A stretch of DNA of 64,000 nucleotides from Octopus vulgaris (GCA_951406725.2 OX597822.1:82522001-82586000); one strand, 5' to 3'; shown: positions 26,708 to 40,082, counted from the stretch's first letter. Notes: generated by a model not told the origin, from the letters alone. Translations and numbers: made by a program.

Positions 26708-26739
<32 letters not shown>

Positions 26740-26835
26740 GGTAGGGGATAGAGTAAAAGAGTCTGTGTGAGAGAAAGAGAGACAGCCAGACAGAGATAGA
26801 GAGGTGGGGGGTGGAGTAAAAGAGTCTGTGTGTGT
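26345..26835. repeat. Compound minisatellite with a variable unit of about 50-65 bp
   Basis: GAGG(T/A)GGGGGAT(G/A)GAGTAAAAGAGT(CT)GTGTG(GA)n, about 8 copies. Confidence 0.9.
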
Positions 26836-27030
26836 GTATCAGAATGTGTTTGTGTGTAAATGGGAGAGAGAGAGAGAGTTTGTATGTGTGTCTGTGTCTA
26901 TGGTTTACATGTGTGAGTGATAGTTAATTACTATGGTTAATTAAATTTATTTGTTTGGTTAATAAGATAAAATAGAGACAGCTCTGAATTATACTAAAAA
27001 GAAATAACATCAGACTCTCTCTCTCTCTCT

Positions 27031-27079
<49 letters not shown>

Positions 27080-27395
27080 ATCTACCTAATGAGTGAGAGT
27101 GAAGTGGAGTGGAGGGTGACTGTGAAGAGTGAATGAGGATTGGAAAAAAAAGAGGATGGAATCTTAACCAATGGATAAAAATTGGATTAGTGAAGGAGGA
27201 GGAGGAGGGAGGGCAGAAAAGATTTTTAAGTTGTTGTTGTTAGTGGTGGTGGTGGTGGTGGCAGCAGCGTATTTTAGGGAGTAATTTCGTAATGAAGCAT
27301 AAAGTTGTTATGTTGCTTTTGTTCTTCGGGGTTGTAGTAAACCCATTCAGTCAATATTTATTGTCTCATTGTTGCAAAAATGAATAAATAGATTA

Positions 27396-27800
27396 GGTGC
27401 AGGGGTGGCTGTGTGGTAAGAAGCTTGCTTCCCAACCACATTGTTCCAGGTTCAGTCCCATTGCGTGGTACCTTGGGCTAATGTCTCCTACGATTACCTC
27501 AGACCAACCAAAGTCTTGTGAGTGGATTTGGAAGACTGAAACTGAAAGAAGCCCATTATATATATATGTGTGTGTGTGTGTTAGTTTCTGTTTATGTCCC
27601 CCATCACTGCTTGACAACCAGTGTTGGTATGTTTACATTCTCCATAACTTAGCAGTTCAGCAAAAGAGAACGATAGAGTAAGTACTGAGCATAAGAAGAA
27701 AAAAATCAAGTACCAGGATTGATTCATTCAATCAAAAATTCAAGGTGATGCTCCAGCATGGCCTCAGTCCAATGATTGAAACATGTAAAAGATAAAAAAT
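27396..27800 (+). mobile_element. SINE family A
   Basis: Head, body and tail present. Confidence 0.88.
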
Positions 27801-27936
27801 AAATAAATAAATAAAAAGTTTATGGATGGTGTTTTGGTTTGGTTTCGGTTCCAACACTGAATATTGCAGTTTTGTGCTGAACCAACCCAACGCCTTCTCA
27901 CTTAAGGGTGGCAAACTATTTATAGAGACACATGAG

Positions 27937-28340
27937 CACAGGTGTGGCTGTGTAGTTAAGAAGCTTGCTTTCCAACCATATGGTCCTGGGTTCAGTCCCA
28001 TTGCATGGCACCTTGAGTAGGTGTCTTCTGCAGTAGCCTTAGGCCAACGAATGCCTTGTGATCTGATCTGGTATAAGGAAACTGAAGGAATCCCAACATG
28101 TGACTGTGTCGGAGTGTGTGTATTTGTGTCTTGACATCAGGTAATGGCTGTAAATGAGCGTCACTGTCATACAAGCAGTGTGTTGTTCATTTCCAGTCTT
28201 CCATGAAAAACATGTCTGACCATTCAAAACTATCACTTTGCTTTGAAACAGGTGAGGATTAGCAACAGGACGTTCACCTGCCTTGACAAATCCGTCTGAC
28301 CCATGCCAGCATGGAAAAGTGGACGTTAAATGGTGATGAA
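27937..28340 (+). mobile_element. Hybrid SINE: family A head, distinct middle, family C 3' end
   Basis: GTGGCTGTGTAGTTAAGAAGC..GGGTTCAGTCCC head; ends CCATGCCAGCATGGAAAAGTGGACGTTAAATGGTGATG. Confidence 0.75.
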
Positions 28341-28399
28341 GAGGTTGCCTTGGATCCTTTATATAATCCTGAGGCAAAATCAACACACACACACACCAC

Positions 28400-28725
28400 T
28401 GTCACTCCATCGGTTATGATGATGAGTGTTCCAGTTGATCCAATCAATGGAACAACCTGCTCATGAAACTAATGTGCAACTGGCTGAGTACTCCACAGAC
28501 ACACATACCATTAATGTAGTTGTCACTGAGATTCAGCATGACACAGAGTGTGACAAGGCTGGCCCCTTTTGAATTACAGGTACAACTCATTTTTACCAGC
28601 CGAGTGGACTGGAGCAACGTGAAATAAAGTGTCTTGCTCAAGGACATGATACACCACTGGATATCGAACTCACAGCCTTATGGTCATAAGCCGAATACTG
28701 TAACCACTAAGCCACATGCCTTCAT
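28400..28725 (-). mobile_element. tRNA-derived SINE family E (shorter copies at about 37050-37197 and 52760-52900)
   Basis: Minus strand reads GTGGCTTAGTGGTTA (A box), GAGTTCGATATCC (B box), then TGTCCTTGAGCAAGACAC (V-domain-like; inference). Confidence 0.75.
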
Positions 28726-29396
28726 ATACACACATACACATTCATACATACACACACATATACACACTCTCATAAACACACATGCACACTCATTCTCTCG
28801 CTAATACACACACTCATACACACACACGCTCTCTCATACACACACACTCTCATACACGCACACAAACATTCTCTCTCTTATATACACACACATACTCTCT
28901 TACACACTCTCTTTCTCTCTCTCTTATACACACATGTACACACACATGCACACACACTCATACACACACACACACACACATGTAGTATTTGTAGCAACAC
29001 ATGTCACCTCTCACTTGCAATACAATATCTTCTTCATAAGCTGGCCGAAGAATAGATTGTTGTTGTTGTTGCTGTTGTTGTTGTTAAGGTGAATGTGATG
29101 TGAATTTATTGCAAAACCATTGAACGAATTTCTGTTGACCGAAATCAATTTCTGAAAAGATAAACAAAACAAACCCACGATTGATTGAAATAGCAGTTGA
29201 GACCAACCAACAGCAAGTTCAAATCATGGCAAATATTTGAAAAAGAAAAGGAAAATAGGTTAAAAGGAAATACATGAATGTGGGTGTGTGATCTTTATCT
29301 TTTATTTGTTTCAGTCATTGGGTTGTGGCTATATTGGGGCACCACCCTGAATGGGATTTTTTTTTTTCTCAAAGAAAATGTCTGCTACTTACATAC

Positions 29397-29564
29397 AGGA
29401 GTGGCTGTGTGGTAAGTAGCTTGCTAACCAACCACATGGTTCCGGGTTCAGTCCCACTGCGTGGCATCTTGGGCAAATGTCTTCTGTTATAGCCCCGGGC
29501 CGACCAATGCCTTGTGAGTGGATTTGGTAGACGGAAACTGAAAGAAGCCTGTCGTATATATGTA

Positions 29565-29619
<55 letters not shown>

Positions 29620-29815
29620 GTATGTGTTTGTCTCCCTAGCATTGCTTGACAACCGATGCTGGTGTGTTTACGTCCCCGTCACTTAGCGGTTCGGCAAAAG
29701 AGACCGATAGAATAAGTTCTGGGCTTACAAAGAATAAGTCCCGGGGTCGATTTGCTCGACTAAAGGCGGTGCTCCGCAGTCAAATGACTGAAACCAGTTA
29801 AAAGAGTAAAGAGTA
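29397..29815 (+). mobile_element. SINE family A, young copy inserted in an older minus-strand copy
   Basis: CpGs intact; flanks at about 29295-29390 and 29815-29915 are family A tail in reverse. Confidence 0.93.
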
Positions 29816-30489
29816 TACCCTATCAGCCGCTTTTGCCAAACCGCTACATTACAGAGATGTAAACAAACCGACACCAGTTGTCAAGTGGTGGGTGGAGGAA
29901 CAGATACAAAGACACATCATCATCATCATCATCATCATCATCATTGTTTAATATCCGTTTTCCATGCTGGCATGGATTGGGCAGTTTGACAGGAACTGAA
30001 GCTGGATCCCTTGTCTGCTTTGACCTGGTTTCTGTGGCTGGATGCCCTTCCTTATGCCAAACACTTTACAGATTGGACTGGATGCATTTTACGCGGAACC
30101 AACACAAGTGCTTTTTACGCAGCTACAGCACCAGTGAGGTCAGCAAGTAACTTGAAAAACAAGGACCCCTTAGTTGAGAGCAGGAATAGAGCTGAGGGAG
30201 GTGGGTGTGTGCCAGGCAAGAGGTTAAAGTATGATGGAGGAGGAACAGAGATAATTGTCTTTGTATAGAGGAGATACTTGGCTGCCCCAGTAGGAGAAGG
30301 AAGAGGAAGAAAGATAGGAGAGAGTTACAGAGAAAGCTAGAAAGACAATCAGAGTGAAAGAGAAGGAGAGAGAGAGAAGTAAATGGTGGTGGGGGACATA
30401 AAAGGAGGGAGAAAATTTTGGATCTTTGACAACAAGCAAGCATCCCTCCATTTGATGGGGCTGAATAATAATATTTGTGTTTGGGTGTA

Positions 30490-30785
30490 AGTGTGTGTGC
30501 ATGCATGTGGGTAGTGTGTGCGCATGCATGTGGGTAGTGTGTGTGCATGCATGTGATGTGTGCATGTGCATGCATGTGGGTTGCATGTGTGCATGCATGT
30601 ATGTGGCATGTGTGAACATGCATATGTGCATGCATGTATGTGGTGTGTGCATGCAAGTGTGTGTATGTATGCACGTGCATGCATGTGTGTGCATGTACAT
30701 GCATATGGCATGTGTATATGCATGTATGTAGTGTGTGTGCATGCATGTGTGTGTGTGTGTGCCTATGTATATGTGCATGCACCCA
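30490..30785. repeat. (TG)/(TGCA)-rich alternating purine-pyrimidine tract
   Basis: GTGTGCATGCATGTG repeats. Confidence 0.85.
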
Positions 30786-30949
30786 CACTTTATTGAAGTA
30801 ACATTTGGAGCTGTAAGGCCATGTAAACAGATGTTAGCTTGTGGATTTTTAGTTAGTCATGACACTGAAGGGAGTTGAAGAGGTGGGCGGATCTGAAAAC
30901 GAAATGGGAGCCAAATATGTAAAAGAGGAACTGAGTTTCATCAGAGTTC

Positions 30950-30954
30950 TGGTG

Positions 30955-31044
<90 letters not shown>

Positions 31045-31080
31045 ATAATAACAATAATAATAATAATAATAATAATAAAC
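30950..31080. repeat. Compound microsatellite (GTG)n(TAG)n(CAG)n(TAA)n
   Basis: Seen directly. Confidence 0.95.
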
Positions 31081-31244
31081 AATGTAATAAAAAAAAGAAT
31101 GAAAATAGATGTAAATGCCAGAAACACATGGAAGTAAGAAAGTTAATGTTTTAGAATCAGGTGAATTCACTGAAGGCTCCCTCTTTTCATGATGTCTATC
31201 ATGTCTGGTGGGATTTTGTTTCTTATTCTTTTATTTGTTTAAGT

Positions 31245-31550
31245 CAGAGGTCTGAAACTCCACCCCCTTCATGACCACATAATACCCTCAGAGCCCTCCA
31301 CTCCTATATTTACGTATAAATAAATATTTTATATTTTACTAATTTATATATAGTATGAATCGTTTGATATTTAATATAATATTATATAATTTGTATACAA
31401 TACTATAATAATATTATAATAAATTCATTGCCTTCCTCCCAACGTCTCCTTTTTCTCTCCTTCCCCCCACCGCCCCTTTAGTCACTAGTGCCCACATGGA
31501 CTGTCTCAACACCCACCAGGGGGTGGTAGCGCCCACTTTGAGAACCTGTT
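31245..31550. mobile_element. Degenerate hAT-like MITE nested in a SINE A (minus strand, to about 31845)
   Basis: CAGAGGTCTGAAACT...CCCACTTTGAGAACCTGTTG termini; the SINE A tail resumes afterwards. Confidence 0.5.
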
Positions 31551-32036
31551 GCCATGCTGGAACACTGCCTTGCAGTGTGGTACTAATTCTATCAACTCTT
31601 TTCCTGAACTGCTAAATCATAGAGGTGTGAACAAACCAACATTGGTCACTAAGCACTGGCGGAAGCAAACACATACACACATAATATGACAGGTTTCCAC
31701 ACAGTTTCTGTCTACCAAATTTTCACACGCATGACAGTAGTCATCCTGGGGCTGTAGTTGAAGACACTTGACCAAAATGTTGTACGTTGGGATTGAACCT
31801 GAAATCACATGGTTACAAAGCAAGCTTCTTAACCACACAGCCATGTTGTTGATGTTTAGCAAAGGTGGTTCTTATCAAGCAAATGATCTAGGATGGAAGG
31901 TATTCCAGCCATGACCATCCCCTCATTTTGTATATCCTATCACTACACTGTACAACAGGTTTCATCTTTCGTTTTTTTTTTCCCTAAGGCTTAATCTGTG
32001 AGAGCCCATCCTTTCATCATCATCACTATCATCACC

Positions 32037-32070
<34 letters not shown>

Positions 32071-32779
32071 TTATTATCATCATCATCATCATCACTAGCA
32101 TCATCATCGTCATCATCACCACCACCACCATCATCATTACCATCACCCTCATCAGCAGCATCAATTTAAGCCTATTTATCCATGCTTAGTGAAGTTGGGC
32201 ACGTCACCAGTCTGTACCATCTTGCATGCGCACATACACACACACACACAACCACAAAGAAAACCTGCCAGCTTTGGTGCTGCATATGTCTGGGGTGATT
32301 TTCTTTACCAAAACACCCGTGTTACAGGACGTTGTCCTATGTGAACAGAACTAAGGGCATCCCCCCCCCCCCACTTCTCTTGTATTAATTCTTGTTCACA
32401 ATTACCCCCGCACACCACCAGATGAGTTGCCAACAATACAAACTGCAATACCAACATCTTTTCTGTTCATTCCATTTCCCAATGTTTTTGGGTTTTTTTT
32501 TTTGGTTTTTTTAATGGTTGGGTATCCAACTACATTTTTTAATAGTTAGGTTTCCTTCCTATCTACCAACTACTTTTTATTCTAAGTTCCTGCTTTCTTT
32601 GAAGAGTAGCCTGTTATTCAGCTTGCAAAGGTTGTTTCACTAGTATTTCTTTTTTATTTCTTTTTAACAACTACTCATTCAATGTTCACTTCCTTTCCCT
32701 TATTCTATGCACTGCTCCTGCAGTTTTGGCTGTCTTTTCTAATGAGTTGTATTGCACTTGAGCACTCTGCAATACAATA

Positions 32780-33120
32780 ACTTCATCATCATCATCATCG
32801 TCGTCATTTAATGTCTGCTTTCCATGCTGGCATGGGTTGGACGGTTTGACTGAGGACTGGTAAGCCAGAGGCTGCACCAGGCTCAATCTGATCTGACAAA
32901 GTTTCTATAGCTGGATGCCCTTCCTAATACCAACCACTCCAAGAGTGTAGTAGGTGCTTTTATGTGCCACTGGCATGAGGGCCAGTCCGGCAGCACTGGC
33001 AATGACCACGCTGAAATGTTGTTTTTCACGTGGCCCTGGCAATGATCACACTCAGATGAGCTTTTAATGTTCCACTGGCACAAGTGCCAATCAGGCAGTA
33101 CTGTAATGGGCTACATCAGC
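32780..33120 (-). mobile_element. Repeat family C
   Basis: Family motifs. Confidence 0.88.
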
Positions 33121-34289
33121 GAGTTTGATTTCATTTCATTCTATATATCTTATTCCTCTGACATTTCCAACTGCTGGATACCATTCCTTTCACCAACCAC
33201 TTTGCATTGTACACTTGATCCTTTTTCCTGTGACATCAACATTAAAGAATTTATCCCATATGAAGAAGTCCAAAGAATTCTCTCTACTCTGCATCAGTTC
33301 CTATTCAGAAATATTCTCTTCCAAGATGAAAAGCTTGCAATGAGGCTTTCTGAATCCATGTCCCTCATATTTCATTTTGATATGTTTTCTGTGGTTAGAT
33401 GCCCTTTTTTGTCACCAACCACTTCACAGAATTGATTTGCTGATATGCATGTGTATATGTGTGTTTGTGTGCACATGTACGTGCATATGTACACGTACAC
33501 ACACACACACACATGGACAGTGGTAGTTGAACTTGGTATTGCATTCTAATGAACCACTCCAGGGTCTTGTTGTTATCTAACCTTAGGCTAATGCAATAAG
33601 ACCCTTGTCCCTGTATCAAAGACATTCCAGCCATTATCTAATGCATTTCCTTTCACTAATGTACTAGATCAATGGGTTCTCCATCCTTTTTTTACCCCTT
33701 TGTCTCCTTTCGATTCCATTTTACTCAACTGGACCATTTGATGTTTTAAAATTCCTATTATATTTTCATAATTAAATATTAGAAATTATATAAAAAAAAT
33801 CTTAAGATGTTTTGTGAATTCATCATCATCATCATTATCTAATGTCCATTGTCCATGCTGGCATGGTGTAAAAGCAGAACCAATTTAACAAAGGAATTTT
33901 ACATGAACCCTGATTTAGAGTGTGTTGTGAGGGAAATTTTGCTGTTGTTTCAGACAGATTAGCTGCATAGAACAGTTATAGGGCAAACTATGGTCTGCAG
34001 GACTTTCTGAATGGCACTCTCAATAAAAAATTGCTGTGAATTTTTCTTGTAACGCAGCCCACCTAATGATGTATTTTATCTCATGTGGTCCGCTTCTCGT
34101 AAAAGGTTGCCTTTGCATGGCATAGAAACTCCCTTATTGGCTCATACACGACCTACAGATCCATTCTAATCCACATAACTTACAGCGTTTAAAAACTTTG
34201 ATTGTTGACTTATTGGAGTTACCTCCCTTCTTAGGTTTTTTTTTCAGCCTTTTAAAGAGCATTTCCCTATAAAGGAAGTTTTATATGCT

Positions 34290-34590
34290 AATCGCTTCGA
34301 TAACGTAAGATGATCGAAGTTTCACAACTCATTACAAATGCACATTGAGAGGGAAAAACTCTGCTACTACAAACATGTGATTAGAATGTCACAGGAAAGA
34401 ATTGCGAGATAGATTCCTTAGGGCGAGGCAACTGGCAGGAGGCCTAGCAGCAGACCAAGAATGATATGGTTGGACAATATCCATAATCTCGTTCGTGTTT
34501 GAAAATCGAGCCAGAAATTGTAATGATGGTTGTTTTTGATAGGACCCTATGTAGGAGATGCCTGAGGACTCTGTCCCCAAAACCATTTAA
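34290..34590 (+). mobile_element. Decayed 3' end of an RTE-clade LINE
   Basis: RFDNVR*SKFHNSLQMHIEREKLCYYKHVIRMSQERIAR*IP*GEATGRRPSSRPRMIWLDNIHNL resembles the RTE C-terminus LRWFGHV.RM..ER....G.RPRGRPR.RW.D. Confidence 0.8.
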
Positions 34591-35783
34591 CCTGATCTGG
34601 CCTATAGTTGGTGTTCCAGCCATAACAATCTCATCTTATTTTCAGAGTATATCGAGCAATATTTCATCAAACGAATTCTTCTTCTTCTTCTTCTTCTTCT
34701 CTTCTCCTCCTCCTCCTCCTTCAGAGAATAGGGTGTGATTTCAGGAATATTTGACTGCTATCTCTTACTGGCCGAGAAACAAAGCAAGGGCTCCCTCTAG
34801 GGAGAACCAGGGATATTGGCACCAGTCAGATTTTATTCTAAATACTGTACCACTTTTTTCAGACCTACAGGAATATCTTGCAAGAATTATTTGAGACCCT
34901 TTCCGTTCTGAGTTCAAATCTCATGTTTGATAAATATATTACTATAATGCCTCCTGGATGTGAATAGAAAAGAAAAGAGAAAAGTCGACTCTAGTTACAA
35001 AGAAACAACTAAACACAGAGAATGTTATTTTCTTTTATGTCTGTTGTTTCGATTATTCCACAAATATTTTCTAAATTTGGCAAAAGATCATAAAAATTAA
35101 TGGGTGGGTTGCAGTCTATTTAATAATTATGATGCTTTAATTGGCAATCATTATTTTATCACTAAACATGATAATGGATTAATCCAGCATGTGCTACCAC
35201 TAATGAGAACTCATAGCTTGCATGAGCCAACAAGAATAATTTTTGCATCTTTTTTGCTGTTGTCGCATTTTTCTCTTATACTATTTTTTAAATTTTGCCC
35301 CAATTAATTTCAAATTTGGTTTTTCCTGATAAAGTTTTATGTGTCATTTATGGAAATGAAATCCATTTTTGCCATAAATTAATAAATAAAAGTTAATAGC
35401 TTTTAAAGTTTGCAAATTTTGGGTAATTTCTACTATAGGCAGAAAGCCTGAAAAATTTGAGGGGAACGAGGAGGGGGGGGGCTAATCGATTACGTCAACC
35501 TTAGAACTCAACAACTACTAATTTATTTGTCCCTGAAAGGATGAAGAGGCAAAATCGACTTCGATAGAATTTAGACTTAGAACGTAAAGCCGGAAGAATG
35601 ATTTCTTTCGTAAATACAAGGATAGAAAATTAAGAAAAGAAACTGCCCTTTATATTGACTTCTATACTTGTTGGTACTTTATTTAATCGACCACAGATGG
35701 ATGAAAAGTAAAATTGACCTAAGCGAGAATCGAACTTAAATTCAAAGAGTCATTATTAAATACTGCAATATTATTATTATTAA

Positions 35784-35835
<52 letters not shown>

Positions 35836-36339
35836 GACGTTGTTCGAACGATTCACTTCCTCCACCGTCCTACTGTAACAACGACAATGATCTCCAACTC
35901 GAGTACAATAGCTACAAAATTTAGCGGACAGGAATAATTGAATGATATTAAATTTTATTGATAACAGAAACATGAAAGGCAAAATCGATCCCGTAATTAT
36001 CTGAAACAACAACATAGAACTAAACACAATTTCTCACTGCTGTAAGCACAGTGATATCTGTGCACTTGTCTAAAATAATTCAACTTGTCAGAAAATTTAC
36101 TAACGATTATAATTGAAGGGACATAATTCTTATTTGTGTTTCTCTATTGCCTCCCTTGTTTCGTTTTTTTTTTTCTATAGTTAAATTATCGAGATGGACT
36201 TAATTCTAATTAATTATCATCAACATAAATTACTGCTGTGGGTTTATGTCTTTAGCTGCATCCATAGTAGCGCCCACATCTATCCATAACATCGTTCCTC
36301 AAAAAATATACTGCATATATATATATATATATATATACA

Positions 36340-37005
36340 TAGTTCCGAGTTCAGTCCCACTGTGTGAAACCTTGGGCAAGTGTCTTCAACTATAGCCTTG
36401 TGAGTGGATTTGGTAGATGGAAACTGAAAGAAGCCCGTCGTATATATGTATGTTTGTGTGTCTGTGTTTGTTCCTCCCACCCCCACCATCGACTGGCAAC
36501 CGATGCTGGTGTGTTTACATCCCCATAACATTAGAGACCAATAGAATTACAAATCACAATTTGTTCGACTAAAGGCGGTGCTTCAGCATGGCCGCAGTCA
36601 AATGACTGAAACAAATAAAAGAATGGCTGTGTAGTAAGTAACTTGTTTACCAACCACATGGTTCCTGGTTCAGTTCCACTGCGTGGCACCTTGGGCAAGT
36701 GTCTTCTACTATAGCCTCGGGCTGACCAAAACCTTGTGAGTGGATTTGGTAGACGGAAACTGAAAGAAGCCCGTCGTATATATGTATATATATGCGTGTG
36801 TGTGTCTGTGTTTGTCCCCCTAGCATTGCTTGACAACCGATGCTGGTGTGTTTATGTCCCCGTTACTTAGCGGTTCGGCAAAAAGACCAATAGAATAAGT
36901 ACTGGGATTACAAAATAATAAGTCCCGGGATCAAGTTGCTCGATTAAAGGCGGTGCTCCAGCATGGCCACAGTCAAATGACTGAAACAAGTAAAAAAAGA
37001 AAAGA
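36340..37005 (+). mobile_element. Two tandem SINE A copies (internally deleted copy, then a full copy at 36622-37005)
   Basis: Family motifs. Confidence 0.9.
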
Positions 37006-37327
37006 GAGAGATATGACATTTAACATTTATATGCTGTTCTTTCTTGTCCCTCCATCGGTTATGACACATGTTCCAGTCAACACGGCTGGCTCTCTGAATG
37101 GACTGGAGCAACGTGAAATAAATGCACCATCTGGAATCGAACTCACAGTGTTAGTATCATGAGCCAAATACCCTGACCACTAAGCCATGTGCCTTCAGTT
37201 TGTGCTGTTGACCCCATGGAAATTAGGAACTCAAAACCCAATTTTTTTATGGTTTTAGGCTTAATCTTTCCTTTTTTCATTTAAAAGCTACCCTATGATT
37301 TTAATATATATATGTGTGTGTGTGTGT

Positions 37328-37600
37328 AACCCAAACAACTGAAGAAAGCCATTAGGGAGATAGCCACGGCAGCTGGGATTAGCTCAGTGTGGTCTCAGTT
37401 GCCAAGTGACCATCTTGAGCTGATCTCCATGACAGCTGAGTCAAGAAAGGTTGAACCTCCAGCAAACAGACTGCTGATGGATCTCCTCCACAGATGAAGG
37501 TTAATTTAGTCCACATTGCCCCACTTAGGTGAAGTATACAAGGCTAAGCGGGCAAAATGTTCATGACACTGAAATCCCTACTGAAGATTCAGATGGGCGC
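37328..37600 (+). mobile_element. Second Hero-like LINE 3' fragment
   Basis: PKQLKKAIREIATAAGISSVW aligns with PRHLRKAIEEISTAAETSSRW at about 1.7 kb; shared UTR TTAGTCC..CCAC..AGGTGAAGT.TACA.GGCTAAG. Confidence 0.7.
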
Positions 37601-37793
37601 CTAATAAATGTGAATGCTTTAGTCACCATAAAGAGAGAAAGATTGTAATATTCTTATGTAGCACCTGTTTGAGGTAAAACATTTCTGATGTTTATTCCGC
37701 CTGAAATATCAACATCATTCATGGTTTGTGGTTCTTGTTGTTTAGCCCCAGGTCCGCCTTGAGCAGACATTTGATTAATCGTATTCCAGTCCA

Positions 37794-38236
37794 AAGGCAG
37801 CAAGCTCGCAGAATTGTTAGCACATGGGGCAAAATGCTTCGCGGCATTTTATCGGTCTTTATGTTCTGAGTTCAAATTCTGCCATGGTTGAATTTGCCTT
37901 TCATCCTTTCAGAGGTCGATAAAATAAGCACCATTTGATTTCTGGGTGTCAATATGATCAACCTGCTCCTCCCTCAATATTACTGGCCTTAAGGCGGCAA
38001 GCTGGCAGAAATGTTAGCACGCTGGGCAAAATGATTAGCGGTATTTCATTTGCCGTTACGTTCTGAGTTCAAATTCTGCTGAGGTCGACTTTGCTTTTCA
38101 TCCTTTCAGGGTCGATAAATTAAGTAGCAGTTGTGTACTGGGGTTGATCTAATCAACTTGCCCCCTCCCCCAAAATTTCAGGGCTTTTGCCTAGAGTAGA
38201 AAAGAAAATGACTGGCCTTATGCCAAAATTTGAAAT
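37794..38236 (+). mobile_element. SINE B nested in the tail of an older SINE B
   Basis: ACTGGCCTTA duplicated at 37982-37991 and 38211-38220. Confidence 0.85.
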
Positions 38237-39697
38237 CAACTCTATTCCATTCCTGATTGTGTCGCTTCTTTATATATCAGAGACTACATTATACAACGTG
38301 TCCTTCTTAAATAGCAAACAACCACAGACTCTTTCTTGTGGGAGTGAATTTCTTTTCTAAGTTAAGCCTGATTGCATATGTTTTCATGTTTATTCCCACT
38401 GCACCAAACCTTGGCACCTACTATAGCTCTGGGTCAAACAATGCCTTGTGTAGGAGTTTGGTTGACAGAAACTATGTAGAAGCCTGTAGTATATAAAATC
38501 CACAATTACACCCAAATTCAAAATTATTTTTTCAGTTCATTTAAATAAGATAAAATTAATATTCTACATTAAAAGCACCAATTTAGGACAGAAAAACATA
38601 ACAAACCTGGTGACGTCAATGAGCATATTCCTAAAATTTGTTTATATTAAAATCTTAGTATTTAATTCAGAAAAAACATAAAGACACTAATGTAAAATTG
38701 TCTATGAATGAAGTAATTCATTACGAAAAAGAAAAAAAAAATAGACCATGACACCATGCCCCCCCCCCCACTTTGTGGGGGAGGGTTGAGCTGTAGTTTA
38801 GACCATTCAATGAGTTCTGCTTCTTTTTACAGTTCTGTTATTATTTTATGGTAGGCGCTGGAGTGGGAGGAGGGGCAAAGGGTTATATGATGGGAATAAT
38901 AGAGGTGATGATAGAGGGGGAGTGAGGTTTGCATTAATAATGTGTTGCTCACATGCCACGTGTTGGGTAAACTCTATCTATCTGTCTGTCTGTCTTTCTA
39001 TCTGTACTTGTAATTTCTTGTAATACATTCATCAGCCAAACAACTCAATTTATTGAAAACCATTCTTGCTTTTTAGAAGAAAGGTTTGTCTCAGCATGGA
39101 GAGTGTGTGCAAGCAGAGACATGCACTAAAGTGAGAGAGAGGTGGGAGGTAGGAAGAGGGAGGACAAGAGAAGGAGAAAGTATGTGTGACAGATAAAGAG
39201 GATAAGTGTTTATGATAGAGAGAGAGAGAGAGAATGAAAGGGGAGGAGTGTGTGTGTGTGAAGAGAGACAGATAGATATACAAACTGATTAAAGCAGTGT
39301 CCTTGATTTTCAGTTTTTGACTCAACTCACTCGATCCACTGCATACAAAGATTCATTCAGTTTTCAAAGTTAGTCTAATCTAAACCACCATTCTTACATG
39401 CAAAAAACCATTTATTAAAATTTGTTATTCTAACAGAAGACATATTGATAAAGGTCTCTCTCTCTCTCTCACTCTCATACACACACATACACACATATAT
39501 TACATGCATATTGCACACACACATAATATGCTCATACAAACAGTGATTTTGATCACGAAACACAAAAGATCATAGCATTAAATACTGCAAAATATTTTCC
39601 GTGGCACCCCACAGGCATTCTACCATTCCACAATTCCATGATTGCAATTAGTTTTAATATTAATAGTTTTATCTTTCGTTATATTTATATGTGTATT

Positions 39698-39755
39698 AAT
39701 TCTACAGACAAGCTCATCTATTTCAGTTCACTCTCAGAACTTCATCAGGGACAGA
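39698..39755 (-). ncRNA. Type I hammerhead ribozyme motif with an intact core, probably in a Penelope-like pLTR remnant
   Basis: Minus strand: UGUCC-CUGAUGA-AGUUC ugagagu GAACU-GAAA-UAGAU gagcuu GUCUG-UA-GAAU. Stem II is 5 bp, stem III is 6 bp with two G-U pairs, cleavage triplet GUA; stem I is weak. Confidence 0.65.
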
Positions 39756-40082
39756 ATATCTTTCTCTAATAAAATGGAACTTTGTTCATAGCAAATTTTT
39801 CCAAACTTGGCATTAGATGTCTGCATTGCTACAGCTTGGTCTTAGTCATCATGGCTAGCAACAATTCAGAAACTAAAGATGTGAGATTGTTAAAAAAAAA
39901 AAAAAAAAATTTCACAAGCATGGCTATGTGGTAAGAAGCTTGCTGCCCAACCACATGGTCAAGGTTCAGTCCCTCTGGATGGCACCTTGGGCAAGTGTTT
40001 TTTTACTAAGCCTCAGGCCAACCAAAACATTGTGAGCAGATTTGGTAGATAGAAACTAAGAGAAGCTTGCCATATGTATATA

